Part shown: positions 6,939 to 14,902 of the stretch, in pieces
How positions within the stretch are numbered: the stretch's first letter is position 1
Layout: each line of letters begins with the position of its first letter
Assembly: GCA_964244895.1 (NCBI GenBank)
Contig: CAXTKV010000085.1
Coordinates: forward strand, 1-20,395
Source of the DNA: an uncultured Deinococcales bacterium
Lineage (GTDB): Bacteria > Deinococcota > Deinococci > Deinococcales > JAAFIG01
Direction of reading: 5' to 3'
DNA length: 20,395 nucleotides
The notes under the pieces: model-generated
Told to the model about the DNA's origin: nothing
The model's database searches: none
Seen by the model: the letters and a program-made list of their open reading frames with translations, nothing else
Position numbers and translations under genes: made by a program

Positions 6939-9763
6939 TACGCTTTCGGGTTGGCTTGCGGTTCGTACTGACGCAAGAACGCTTCGGCTTCCAGCGCAGG
7001 AACCGGACGGGAATACAGGAATCCCTGCGCGATATCGCACCCGATCTGACGGGCGGTATCCAGGTCAGAAAGGGTTTCCACACCCTCGATCACCACGTCC
7101 ATCTGAAGCTTGTGGGCCAGCACGGTCATGGCTTCGATCAACGGTCTGGAGCTGGGTTGGGCGTTCAAGCCGACCACGAAGGAACGGTCAATTTTCAGGC
7201 GGTTGAACGGCAACTGGTGCAGCAGCGACAGGCTCGAGTTGCCCGTCCCAAAATCGTCCATCGCCACGCTGACGCCCAACTCGCGCAAGCGCACGATCTG
7301 CGCGGCAGCTTCAACGGGATCGCGCAGCACGAAGGTTTCTGAGAGTTCCAGCTCCAACCGATCCGGTGAAAGGGTGGTTTCCAGGAGCGCGAAGCGCACA
7401 CAATCCACCAGATCCATCTGGTCGACCCGCAAAGAGGACACGTTGACGGCCACCCGCGCGCGCGGCAAACCCGCCGCGTCCCAGGCGACGATCTGATGGC
7501 TGGCCTGGCGCAGCATCCACACGTCAATCCGTCCGATCATGCCGGTCTCTCGGGCCATCGGGATGAAATCGAGCGGCGGGATCAGACCGAACTCCGGGTG
7601 TCGCCAACGCACCAGCGCCTCGAAACCCACCACCTGGCCGCTCTGGGCGTCCATCTGAGGCTGATAAAACGCCTCGAGTTCGCCGCGATCCAGGGCGCGC
7701 CGCAGGTCGGATTCGAGCTGCAAACGGCGGTGCGCAGCGGCGTTCATGTCCGCATCAAAATACGAGATACCGTTGCGCCCGGCGGCCTTGGCGTGATACA
7801 TCGCCACGTCGGCGTTGCGCTGCAGCGTGTCGGCGTCCTCACCATCCAGCGGGTACAGGCTGATGCCCAGGCTGGCCGTGACGAACAACTCCTGGCCCGC
7901 CAGGTGAAACGGTGATGCCAGCACGTCCATCAACCGGTGCGCGACCCTGGCGGCGTCGCGCGGGTCGGTCAGGTCGGGCAGTACCAGCGTGAATTCGTCC
8001 CCGCCGCGCCGCGCGAGCGTGTCCGTCAGGCGCAAGCAGTGCGCCAGGCGTTGCGCGACCTGACAGATCAGTTCGTCGCCGACGGCGTGCCCCAGGGAAT
8101 CGTTGACCTGCTTGAAGCGGTCCAGATCGAGGAACATCACCGCGACCTTGACGCCGTGCCGCCGCGCGCCCTCGAGCGCGACCTGCAAACGATCCTCGAA
8201 CAGGACACGGTTCGGCAGGCCGGTCAGCGCGTCGTGGTGCGCATCGAAGGTCATTTTTTCGGTCAGCGCCTGCAAGCGTTCCTCGTCCTGCTTGCGCTGC
8301 GTGATGTCGAGCATGATGCCGCGCGCCCACTGGGAATCACCGACCCGGCGCGGCGTGACCAGGCTCCTGATCCAGACGGCCTGTCCGGTGCGAGCGAACA
8401 TCCGGAATTCGAGCGAGTACGGGCGTCCGCTCTTGTTGCCCTCCACGAACTCCTGAGTGGTTCGGTCGCGATCGTCGGGGTGCAGGTGGTCTTCCCAGAA
8501 GTCGAAATCGTTCATCCATTCCTGGGGCGTGTACCCCAACAGAAATTCAACCTGAGGACTGACGAATGTTTGACGGTAGCCTCGTCCGCTACCGTCGTTG
8601 ACCGATTCCCAAAGCACGCCGTTGATCGAGTTGATCATGTCCTCGACCCAGATGACATCCTGGCGCACCGCCGCCTCGCGTTGGCGTTGCTCGGTGATGT
8701 TGGTCAGGATCGAAATTCCGCCGATCCGCCGACCGTCCCGGAGGCGCGGCGAGGACTGAACGCTGGCTTCGATCAGCGAACCATCGGGGCGGAGCAGGCG
8801 CGTTTCGAAGGTTTCGGACTTGCCCTCGCTGCGGCGTTCAAGTCTTCCATAGAGCGCCGTGTGCTCGGTCGGATCCACCAGATCAAAAATGACCTTACCG
8901 ACGATGTCCTTCGATGAGCGTCCGACCATCTCGCAGAAGGCAGGATTCGCGTACTCGAAACGGCCCTCGAGGTCCGTCACGGTCAAGCCCTGGCTCATGG
9001 CTTCCATGATGTGAGTCCCAAAGCTTCGGCTCTCCTCGAGCGCCGACCAGGCCACCTTGAGATCGGTCAGGTCGGTCATGGAGATGACCGTACCGCTGAC
9101 CTGCCCATCGGTCCACCTGGGTTCGTTGCGAATCAGTAAGTAAGAAACCCCGTCCTGCCCAGGCGCAGTGATCTCTTTCGATACGGCCTCTCCGCTGCGT
9201 ATCTGCTCGAGCATGGATTCAATCCCGGCGTGCAAGACGGGCGGGGAAATATCGAACAGGGTCTGTCCGACCAGCTGATCGCGGGTTCTCTTGATCATCT
9301 GAGCGTAGGCGAGATTGGCATACTCGAAGCGTCCGTCGCGATCCAGCACCGCCATGGCGTTGTTGACCCCGTCCAGGATGCTCAACGCGGCGTCCCGGCT
9401 CGCGCGCAGATCGAGATCCGTTTGTTGATCGCTCTGGCTCAGTTCGGTCTGGCCCAGTTCGGTCTGGCCCAGTTCGCGCAGCACGATCACGGCTTCGCCT
9501 TCCACGGCGCGAGCCGTGACCTGGAGCTTGCGAGCATCCAGAAGCTGAAACTCGAGCCGCGCAGATTCGAGCGCCGCAGCCTGGAGGGCTTCTTCGAGCG
9601 TTCCACCGGACATCAGGCTGGATTCGAGCCAGGCACGGGCCAGCGAATCCGCGCGCAGAAGCCGACCGTCGGGCGCGAAGATTGCGAAGCCTTCAGCGCG
9701 CGCCTCGAGCCCATCCCGAGGCTGGGCACGGGTTGTATCGGAATTGGTCGGGTGGTCGCTCAT
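6938..9763 (-). CDS. Multi-PAS diguanylate cyclase/phosphodiesterase (PAS x3-GGDEF-EAL)
   Basis: Three PAS/PAC repeats, HDALTGLPNR, RLTD I-site five residues before an intact GGDEF, FEALVRW, DDFGTG, KIDRSF, EGVET, AQGFLYSRP; no TM segment. Confidence 0.95.
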   Translation of the reverse strand: MSDHPTNSDTTRAQPRDGLEARAEGFAIFAPDGRLLRADSLARAWLESSLMSGGTLEEALQAAALESARLEFQLLDARKLQVTARAVEGEAVIVLRELGQTELGQTELSQSDQQTDLDLRASRDAALSILDGVNNAMAVLDRDGRFEYANLAYAQMIKRTRDQLVGQTLFDISPPVLHAGIESMLEQIRSGEAVSKEITAPGQDGVSYLLIRNEPRWTDGQVSGTVISMTDLTDLKVAWSALEESRSFGTHIMEAMSQGLTVTDLEGRFEYANPAFCEMVGRSSKDIVGKVIFDLVDPTEHTALYGRLERRSEGKSETFETRLLRPDGSLIEASVQSSPRLRDGRRIGGISILTNITEQRQREAAVRQDVIWVEDMINSINGVLWESVNDGSGRGYRQTFVSPQVEFLLGYTPQEWMNDFDFWEDHLHPDDRDRTTQEFVEGNKSGRPYSLEFRMFARTGQAVWIRSLVTPRRVGDSQWARGIMLDITQRKQDEERLQALTEKMTFDAHHDALTGLPNRVLFEDRLQVALEGARRHGVKVAVMFLDLDRFKQVNDSLGHAVGDELICQVAQRLAHCLRLTDTLARRGGDEFTLVLPDLTDPRDAARVAHRLMDVLASPFHLAGQELFVTASLGISLYPLDGEDADTLQRNADVAMYHAKAAGRNGISYFDADMNAAAHRRLQLESDLRRALDRGELEAFYQPQMDAQSGQVVGFEALVRWRHPEFGLIPPLDFIPMARETGMIGRIDVWMLRQASHQIVAWDAAGLPRARVAVNVSSLRVDQMDLVDCVRFALLETTLSPDRLELELSETFVLRDPVEAAAQIVRLRELGVSVAMDDFGTGNSSLSLLHQLPFNRLKIDRSFVVGLNAQPSSRPLIEAMTVLAHKLQMDVVIEGVETLSDLDTARQIGCDIAQGFLYSRPVPALEAEAFLRQYEPQANPKA
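9433..9477. repeat. In-frame 15-bp tandem repeat x3 (ELGQT ELGQT ELSQS)
   Basis: TCTGGCTCAGTTCGG TCTGGCCCAGTTCGG TCTGGCCCAGTTCGC, in the N-terminal linker of the GGDEF/EAL gene. Confidence 0.85.
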
Positions 9764-9880
9764 GGATTCCGGGGCGCAGGGTCAGGGCACAGCGACCGCG
9801 CGATTCCAGTCACTTTAGAGGCAATCCAATTTTTCCCCTGTGACGAACCATCACGCTGACGCCTGCGTTTTCGTGATCAA
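9760..9880 (-). other. Chain of three overlapping mini-ORFs linking the mscS stop to the GGDEF/EAL start
   Basis: TTG 9880..9851 (9 aa), ATG 9851..9810 (13 aa), GTG 9813..9760 (17 aa); junctions TTGA, TGATG, GTGA, ATGA. Confidence 0.35.
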
Positions 9881-10998
9881 TCCGCGGGTTCGTCCTGATT
9901 CGACGGCACGTCCGGCACGAGCTGCATCTGTGCGGGCATGTTCAGACTCATCTGCGGCATCGGGACGCGCAACCCAGCCGCGTCGAAAGCGTTCTTGACG
10001 CGGCGGCGGAACTCGCGCGCGACCGCCCATTGCTCTTTGGGTTGCACCTTGAAGGTCGTGCGGATCGTCACGACCGCCCCCGATAGCGCTTGAACACCCA
10101 TCAGATCGGGTTCCTCGAGAAACTTTTCAAACCACTCGGGATCGTTGTACAACCCGAACGCGACCTGACGGAGCAATTCCAGGGCCTGATCCAGGTTGGT
10201 TTCGTGGGCGACATCCACGTCCGCGACCGCCCGCGCCCAGTCCTTGGAAAGCACGGAAACCGTCCTGATCTCGCCGTTCGGGATGACGTGCGCCGTGCCT
10301 TCCAGATCGCGCAGCACGGTCGTGCGGAGGCCGACGGCCTCGACGCCGCCCGCCAGACCACCCGCGCCGTTGATGCGCACCACGTCGCCGACGCCGTACT
10401 GGTCTTCGAGCAGGATGAAAAAGCCCGTGATCACGTCCTTGACCAGGCTCTGCGCGCCGAAGCTGATGGCCAACCCAAAAATGGAAACGCCCGCCAACAA
10501 TGCCGTGACATCGACGCCGAGTTCGGAAAGCACCGCCAGCAGGGCAGAGACCACGATCACCACCCGCAGGGCGCTGGCCACCACGCCGCGCAGCGTTTCC
10601 AGCCGCACGTTGCGCCTCGAGAACACGCCGTCCGCCGTCAGCTTGGACGCGATCAAGCCCACCAGTTGCAGGGCCACGAACGCGCCCGCCAGCGTGGCGA
10701 CCACGCTCAGGATGCGCCCCGAAAACCAGCTCGAGAGATCCCGTCCCCAGCCGTAGAGCGGTTCGAGTTCCGTCAGGGTCAGCGTGAAAGCGACCACGGA
10801 CGCCGCGATCACCAACGCTGAAACCGACCACAGGATATTGACCACGCGCCGCGCGCCCCTGGCGTTCGCATCCTGCCGCGACCACGCGCCCAGCGCCGCC
10901 AGCCCGAGCGCGTAGGTGAGCAGCACCAGCGCCAGCCGCCCGACCAGCGCGATCACCGCCGCCGGGGTCGAGAGGGCCGCCCGGATCGTCTCGAGCAT
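9877..10998 (-). CDS. Small-conductance mechanosensitive channel family protein (YbiO/MscS-like)
   Basis: ALLAGVSIFGLAISFGAQSLVKDVITGFFILLEDQYGVGDVV, GLRTTVLRDLEG, IPNGEI, REFRRRVKNAFD. ATG 10998 (alternative TTG 11001). Confidence 0.93.
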   Translation of the reverse strand: MLETIRAALSTPAAVIALVGRLALVLLTYALGLAALGAWSRQDANARGARRVVNILWSVSALVIAASVVAFTLTLTELEPLYGWGRDLSSWFSGRILSVVATLAGAFVALQLVGLIASKLTADGVFSRRNVRLETLRGVVASALRVVIVVSALLAVLSELGVDVTALLAGVSIFGLAISFGAQSLVKDVITGFFILLEDQYGVGDVVRINGAGGLAGGVEAVGLRTTVLRDLEGTAHVIPNGEIRTVSVLSKDWARAVADVDVAHETNLDQALELLRQVAFGLYNDPEWFEKFLEEPDLMGVQALSGAVVTIRTTFKVQPKEQWAVAREFRRRVKNAFDAAGLRVPMPQMSLNMPAQMQLVPDVPSNQDEPAD

Positions 10999-11030
10999 CA
11001 AGAAATCCCGTGTCTCGAGGGGGGTTTTCG

Positions 11031-11057
11031 GAAGGGCGATCCCTGTAGTCGCCCTTC
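11031..11057. repeat. REP-like hairpin related to the GTAG REPs
   Basis: GAAGGGCGAT-ccctgta-GTCGCCCTTC. Confidence 0.65.
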
Positions 11058-11100
11058 AAATCGCGCGGGATGCGGCGGCTCGAGCCACCTCGGTATCTCG

Positions 11101-11150
11101 AGAACACCGTCCAGGACACGTTTCTTAAATCGCGTGCTGGACGGTGTTCC
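11101..11150. repeat. ~50-bp palindromic repeat family, copy 5
   Basis: AGAACACCGTCCAGGACAC-gtttcttaaatc-GCGTGCTGGACGGTGTTCC. Confidence 0.9.
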
Positions 11151-11164
11151 TGAAATCCGTGGCG

Positions 11165-12223
11165 TCATGGCTGGGCAACCTCGCCGGGTTGAGTCTCGCT
11201 CTCGAGCTTGCGCGCCAGGACGCTCAGGCGGGACGTGACGCGCTCCAGCAGGTTGGCCTCGACAGAACGCGCCGCGATCTTCAGGGCGCTCTCGACGGCC
11301 TTCGCGTCCGAGGATCCGTGCCCGATGAACACCAGTCCCTTAACGCCCAGCAAGGGTTGCGCCCCGTACTCCGCCGGGTCGAGCCGCGCCGCCACGCCGC
11401 GCAACGCGGGGCGCACCAGCGCCGCGCCCAATTTGGTCAACCACGATCCACCGCTCAGCGCCTCGCGCACCCAGCCGAAGATCAACCGGGCTTCCTGCTC
11501 GGCGGCCTTCAGCACGACGTTGCCGGTGAAGCCGTCCGTCACGACCACGTCGGTTGTGCCTTTGAAAATATCGCGCCCTTCGACGTTGCCAAAAAAGTTC
11601 AGGTCGGGCGTGGCCTTCAGCAAGTCGTACGCCTCGAGCACCAGCGCGCTGCCCTTGCCTTCCTCTTCACCGATGCTCAAGAGGCCCACGCTCGGGTTTT
11701 CGATGCCGAACATCGATTGCGCGTAGGCCGCACCCATCAGCGCGAAACCCTGCAAGAACTCCGCGCGGTTGTCCGCGTTCGCGCCCACGTCCGCCAGCGT
11801 CACGCGGCCTTTGGAATTCGGAAAGTTGGCCACGATGGCCGGGCGATCCACACCCGGAATGCGTCCCAGCCCGAACAGCGCGCTGACCAGCGTCGCGCCC
11901 GTATGCCCCTGGGCGACCACGGCGCTGGCGCGTTTCTCGCGCAGCAAACGCACGGCGACGTTGATGGACAGGTTCTTGTTCTTGCGGGCTTCGGTGGCGT
12001 GATCGACCATGCCGATCACGTCGGAGGCGTGAACCACGGTGATGGGCAGGCTGGCCCAGCCCGCGCCGCCGAATTTCTCGAGTTCGCGCTTAATATCCTC
12101 CTCGCGCCCGACCAGCACGACCGGGATGCCCTGACGCGCGGCCCGCACCGCGCCGTCCACCATCGCGGCGGGCGCGAAATCCCCGCCCATCGCGTCCAGC
12201 GCGATCGGAAGCTCGAGCGTCAC
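11165..12223 (-). CDS. plsX: Phosphate acyltransferase PlsX
   Basis: IALDAMGGDFAP, GHTGA, DVGANAD, LLSIGEEEGKG, FFGNVEGRDI, DVVVTDGFTGNVVLKAAE, GHGSS. Confidence 0.96.
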   Translation of the reverse strand: MTLELPIALDAMGGDFAPAAMVDGAVRAARQGIPVVLVGREEDIKRELEKFGGAGWASLPITVVHASDVIGMVDHATEARKNKNLSINVAVRLLREKRASAVVAQGHTGATLVSALFGLGRIPGVDRPAIVANFPNSKGRVTLADVGANADNRAEFLQGFALMGAAYAQSMFGIENPSVGLLSIGEEEGKGSALVLEAYDLLKATPDLNFFGNVEGRDIFKGTTDVVVTDGFTGNVVLKAAEQEARLIFGWVREALSGGSWLTKLGAALVRPALRGVAARLDPAEYGAQPLLGVKGLVFIGHGSSDAKAVESALKIAARSVEANLLERVTSRLSVLARKLESETQPGEVAQP

Positions 12224-12255
12224 GGCCTTCCCCGAATGATGCGATACGGACTCAT
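12220..12255 (-). other. Putative 11-aa upstream ORF (MSPYRIIRGRP) coupled to plsX
   Basis: ATG lies 10 nt downstream of the -10 TAGACT; its TGA overlaps the plsX GTG (GTGA). Confidence 0.4.
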
Positions 12256-12265
12256 GATGGCAGTC

Positions 12266-12275
12266 AGTCTAAACT
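12266..12275. promoter_or_regulatory. Putative bidirectional promoter with overlapping -10 boxes
   Basis: AGTCTAAACT gives TAAACT on + (6 nt before GTG 12282) and TAGACT on - (towards plsX), sharing the central TA. Confidence 0.6.
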
Positions 12276-12281
12276 ACGCGC

Positions 12282-12638
12282 GTGGACACCAGAAACCGTC
12301 CCGATCTTCACGGCTCGCTGCGGGGTGAACTGTACTACCTGAACCGCGCGGGTTTCACCACAAAAATTGCGCCCCTGATGCGCCAGCGCGGTGATCGCGC
12401 TCAGGTGCTGGTCTGGACGAACCTCGCGGGATTGGAACGGTTTCGCTCGAGCCTGCGCGTTGAAACCGAGGTCGTCAGGATTGCACCCGACGACTGGCGG
12501 GAACGCGCCGAATTTCTCGAGGCCATCGCCGCGCAGGGCGGGCTGGAAGTGGTTTTCGACGAGCAGCACGCGTTCCGCACCGGTCAGGCGATGATTCTCG
12601 TCGAGGCGCAGAAGACGCTGACGGCCTGTCTGACCTGA
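12282..12638 (+). CDS. Hypothetical protein (118 aa), reminiscent of small Deinococcus/Thermus conserved proteins (DUF3234-like, unverified)
   Basis: Protein-like composition (PDLHG...LYYL...LVWT...EFLEA...ACL); leaderless TAAACT-N6-GTG. Confidence 0.75.
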   Translation: MDTRNRPDLHGSLRGELYYLNRAGFTTKIAPLMRQRGDRAQVLVWTNLAGLERFRSSLRVETEVVRIAPDDWRERAEFLEAIAAQGGLEVVFDEQHAFRTGQAMILVEAQKTLTACLT

Positions 12639-12687
12639 GAACACCGTCCGGCACGCGATCAAAAAATGCGTCCTGGACGGCGTTCTC
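12637..12687. repeat. ~50-bp palindromic repeat family, copy 6
   Basis: GAGAACACCGTCCGGCACGC-gatcaaaaaat-GCGTCCTGGACGGCGTTCTC, overlapping the upstream TGA. Confidence 0.9.
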
Positions 12688-12798
12688 GTCGGGGTAGCCC
12701 GTGTGAGCACCGTGTAGGACTGGGCGCGCTCGAGCCATGAACCGATTGATTGTTCTGGGGCCCCAGGACGCGAAAAGAAGATTCCCGTAAGCTGAACC

Positions 12799-14889
12799 GT
12801 GACCGAGACTGAAATTTTCTGGGATGCCTGGGGCGTGCCGCACATCTACGCCAGCACCGACGCGGACGCCTTCCGAGCCTTCGGCTGGGCGCAGATGCGG
12901 GCGCACGGAAACCTGTTCTTGCAGCTTTACGCGCAGGCCAGGGGTCGGGCGGCGGAAATCTGGGGCGCGCGCTACCTGGAATCCGACAAGTTCGTGCGGC
13001 GCATGGGCATCCCGTCTCGAGGAACCGCTTGGGCTGATTTGCAAACGCCAGAAATGCGCGCGAATCTCGAGTCTTTCGTGGCGGGCGTCAACGCGTTCGC
13101 GCTCGCGCACCCGGATGATCTCTCGAATCAGGCCCGAGAAGTGCTGCCCGTCACGCTCCAGGACGTTTTTACCCACATTCAGCGCGTCTACGCCGTGTAT
13201 CTGACGCAGGGCGGGCAGCGCCCATCCGGCGCGGCGCAGAACGACATCGTGCCACCGACGGATTTGCTGCCGGACGTGCCGCCATTGGGCACGGCCATCG
13301 CGGGCTCGAACGCCTGGGTGGTCGGTGGTTCCAAGACGGCCAGCGGCAAGCCGATCCTGCTGGCCAACCCACACCTGTACTGGGCGGACTTCTTCACGTT
13401 CTTCGAGGCGCACCTGAACGTCAAACCATCCGACGCCACCGACTCGAGCGAGCATTTCAGCCTCTACGGCGTGGCGCAGGTCGGCTGGCCGGTGCTGCGC
13501 TACGGATTCAACGACTGGGCGGGCTGGGCGCACACGGTCAACGCGCTCAAGGGCTGGGATGCCTTCGCGCTCGAGCTGGACGGCGAGGGATACGTCCTGG
13601 ACGGCACCATCCACGCCTTCGAGCTGCATTCTGAACGCATCAGGGTTCGCCAGCCGGACGGTGAAATGACTGAAGAAACCCTCGAGATCAGACGCTCCTT
13701 GCACGGCCCGATCATCGGGGAACAGAGCGGCAAACCCATCGCGGCGCGCTGCGTCGGCTTTCAGGTCGCGCCCTTCCCGAAGTTGTTCGAGCAGTACTGG
13801 GCAATGGCCAGAGCGCGCGACCTGACCCAATTCCAGGCCGCCCTGGAAATGCACCAGAACCCGATGTTCACCGTGATGTACGCCGACAGGGACGGTCACA
13901 CCGCGCACTACTGCGGCGGTTTCGTGCCGCGCCGCGCGGGTGGCAGCTGGATGGATTGGGTCGGCACGCTGCGCGGCGATCAATCCGGCCTGATCTGGAC
14001 GGACGTTCACGATTTCAACCAGCTCCCGCGCGTGATCGACCCGCCGTCCGACTGGTTGCAGAACTCGAACAACCCGCCGTGGACGACCACGATCCCGCTC
14101 GCGCTCGACCCCGACGATTTCCCCGCCTACCTGACACCGCGCCAGATCACGCCGCGAGAACAGCGCTCCATACGCATGATCTCGAGCCTTCAGAACAGTG
14201 TCCTGGACGATGTGATCGCCTGCGCCGGTTCGACCCGCTCAGAGACGGCGGATCGTTTGATTCCGCCGTTGCTCGAGGCCGCACGGACGTTCGGGAGCGA
14301 CCTCGCACACCGCGCGGCGGGCGTGCTGGAGCGCTGGGATCGGAGTTACGACCCGGACAGCATCGGCGCAGATTTGTTCTCGAGGTGGTTGCTGGCCATG
14401 CTGCCCGCCAACCGCACGCTCTCCAACTTCTGGGAGCGCGCCTGGGACGAATCCGACCCGATGAACACGCCCTACGGACTGGCCGACCCGAAACTCGCCG
14501 CGAACGCGCTCGAGGTCGCCGCCGCCAGCCTGATCCGCGACGCGGGCACGCTCGAGCGTCGCTGGGGCGATTTCACCCGCGTCCAACGCGGCGAATTTCA
14601 AGCTGAAGCCCACGGGCACCTCGACCCCTTCGGCGTTTTTCGCGTCAGCGGTTACGCCCCGGACGGCGCTGGGCGCTACAAGGTCGCGTTCGGCACGACC
14701 TACGTGGCCGCGATCGAGTTCACGAACCCCGTGCGCGCCAAAGTCGTGCTGAGCTACGGCAACTCCAGCCAGCCCGGTTCAAAACACGACGGCGACCAGT
14801 TGCACCTGTTTTCACGACGCGAGATGCGCGATGCGTGGTTGACGCGAGCGGAAATTGAAGCCAACCTCGAGTTCAAAGAACGCGTCTGA
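12799..14889 (+). CDS. Penicillin acylase family (S45) Ntn hydrolase, glutaryl-7-ACA/cephalosporin acylase-like
   Basis: EIFWDAWGVPHIY, FGWAQ, autocleavage motif G|SNAW (Ser170), LLANPHL, QNSNN, YGNSSQPGSKH.GDQ; no signal peptide; leaderless TAAGCT-N5-GTG. Confidence 0.93.
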   Translation: MTETEIFWDAWGVPHIYASTDADAFRAFGWAQMRAHGNLFLQLYAQARGRAAEIWGARYLESDKFVRRMGIPSRGTAWADLQTPEMRANLESFVAGVNAFALAHPDDLSNQAREVLPVTLQDVFTHIQRVYAVYLTQGGQRPSGAAQNDIVPPTDLLPDVPPLGTAIAGSNAWVVGGSKTASGKPILLANPHLYWADFFTFFEAHLNVKPSDATDSSEHFSLYGVAQVGWPVLRYGFNDWAGWAHTVNALKGWDAFALELDGEGYVLDGTIHAFELHSERIRVRQPDGEMTEETLEIRRSLHGPIIGEQSGKPIAARCVGFQVAPFPKLFEQYWAMARARDLTQFQAALEMHQNPMFTVMYADRDGHTAHYCGGFVPRRAGGSWMDWVGTLRGDQSGLIWTDVHDFNQLPRVIDPPSDWLQNSNNPPWTTTIPLALDPDDFPAYLTPRQITPREQRSIRMISSLQNSVLDDVIACAGSTRSETADRLIPPLLEAARTFGSDLAHRAAGVLERWDRSYDPDSIGADLFSRWLLAMLPANRTLSNFWERAWDESDPMNTPYGLADPKLAANALEVAAASLIRDAGTLERRWGDFTRVQRGEFQAEAHGHLDPFGVFRVSGYAPDGAGRYKVAFGTTYVAAIEFTNPVRAKVVLSYGNSSQPGSKHDGDQLHLFSRREMRDAWLTRAEIEANLEFKERV

Positions 14890-14902
14890 AAGGTGGTGAG
14901 TG

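Larger units (their letters stand above)
10998..11168 (-). other. Putative 56-aa translational bridge ORF between plsX and mscS
   Basis: ATG 11168 overlaps the plsX TGA (ATGA); reads MTPRISGTPSSTRFKKRVLDGVLEIPRWLEPPHPARFEGRLQGSPFRKPPSRHGIS*; its TGA overlaps the mscS ATG (TGATG); runs through two palindromic repeats. Confidence 0.5.

Noticed and set aside
12475..14010. 511-aa antisense ORF, and similar long shadow ORFs (2625-3611, 7937-8917, 10127-11119, 11144-12328)
   Set aside because: They overlap well-supported genes and lack motifs; long shadow frames are expected in high-GC coding DNA
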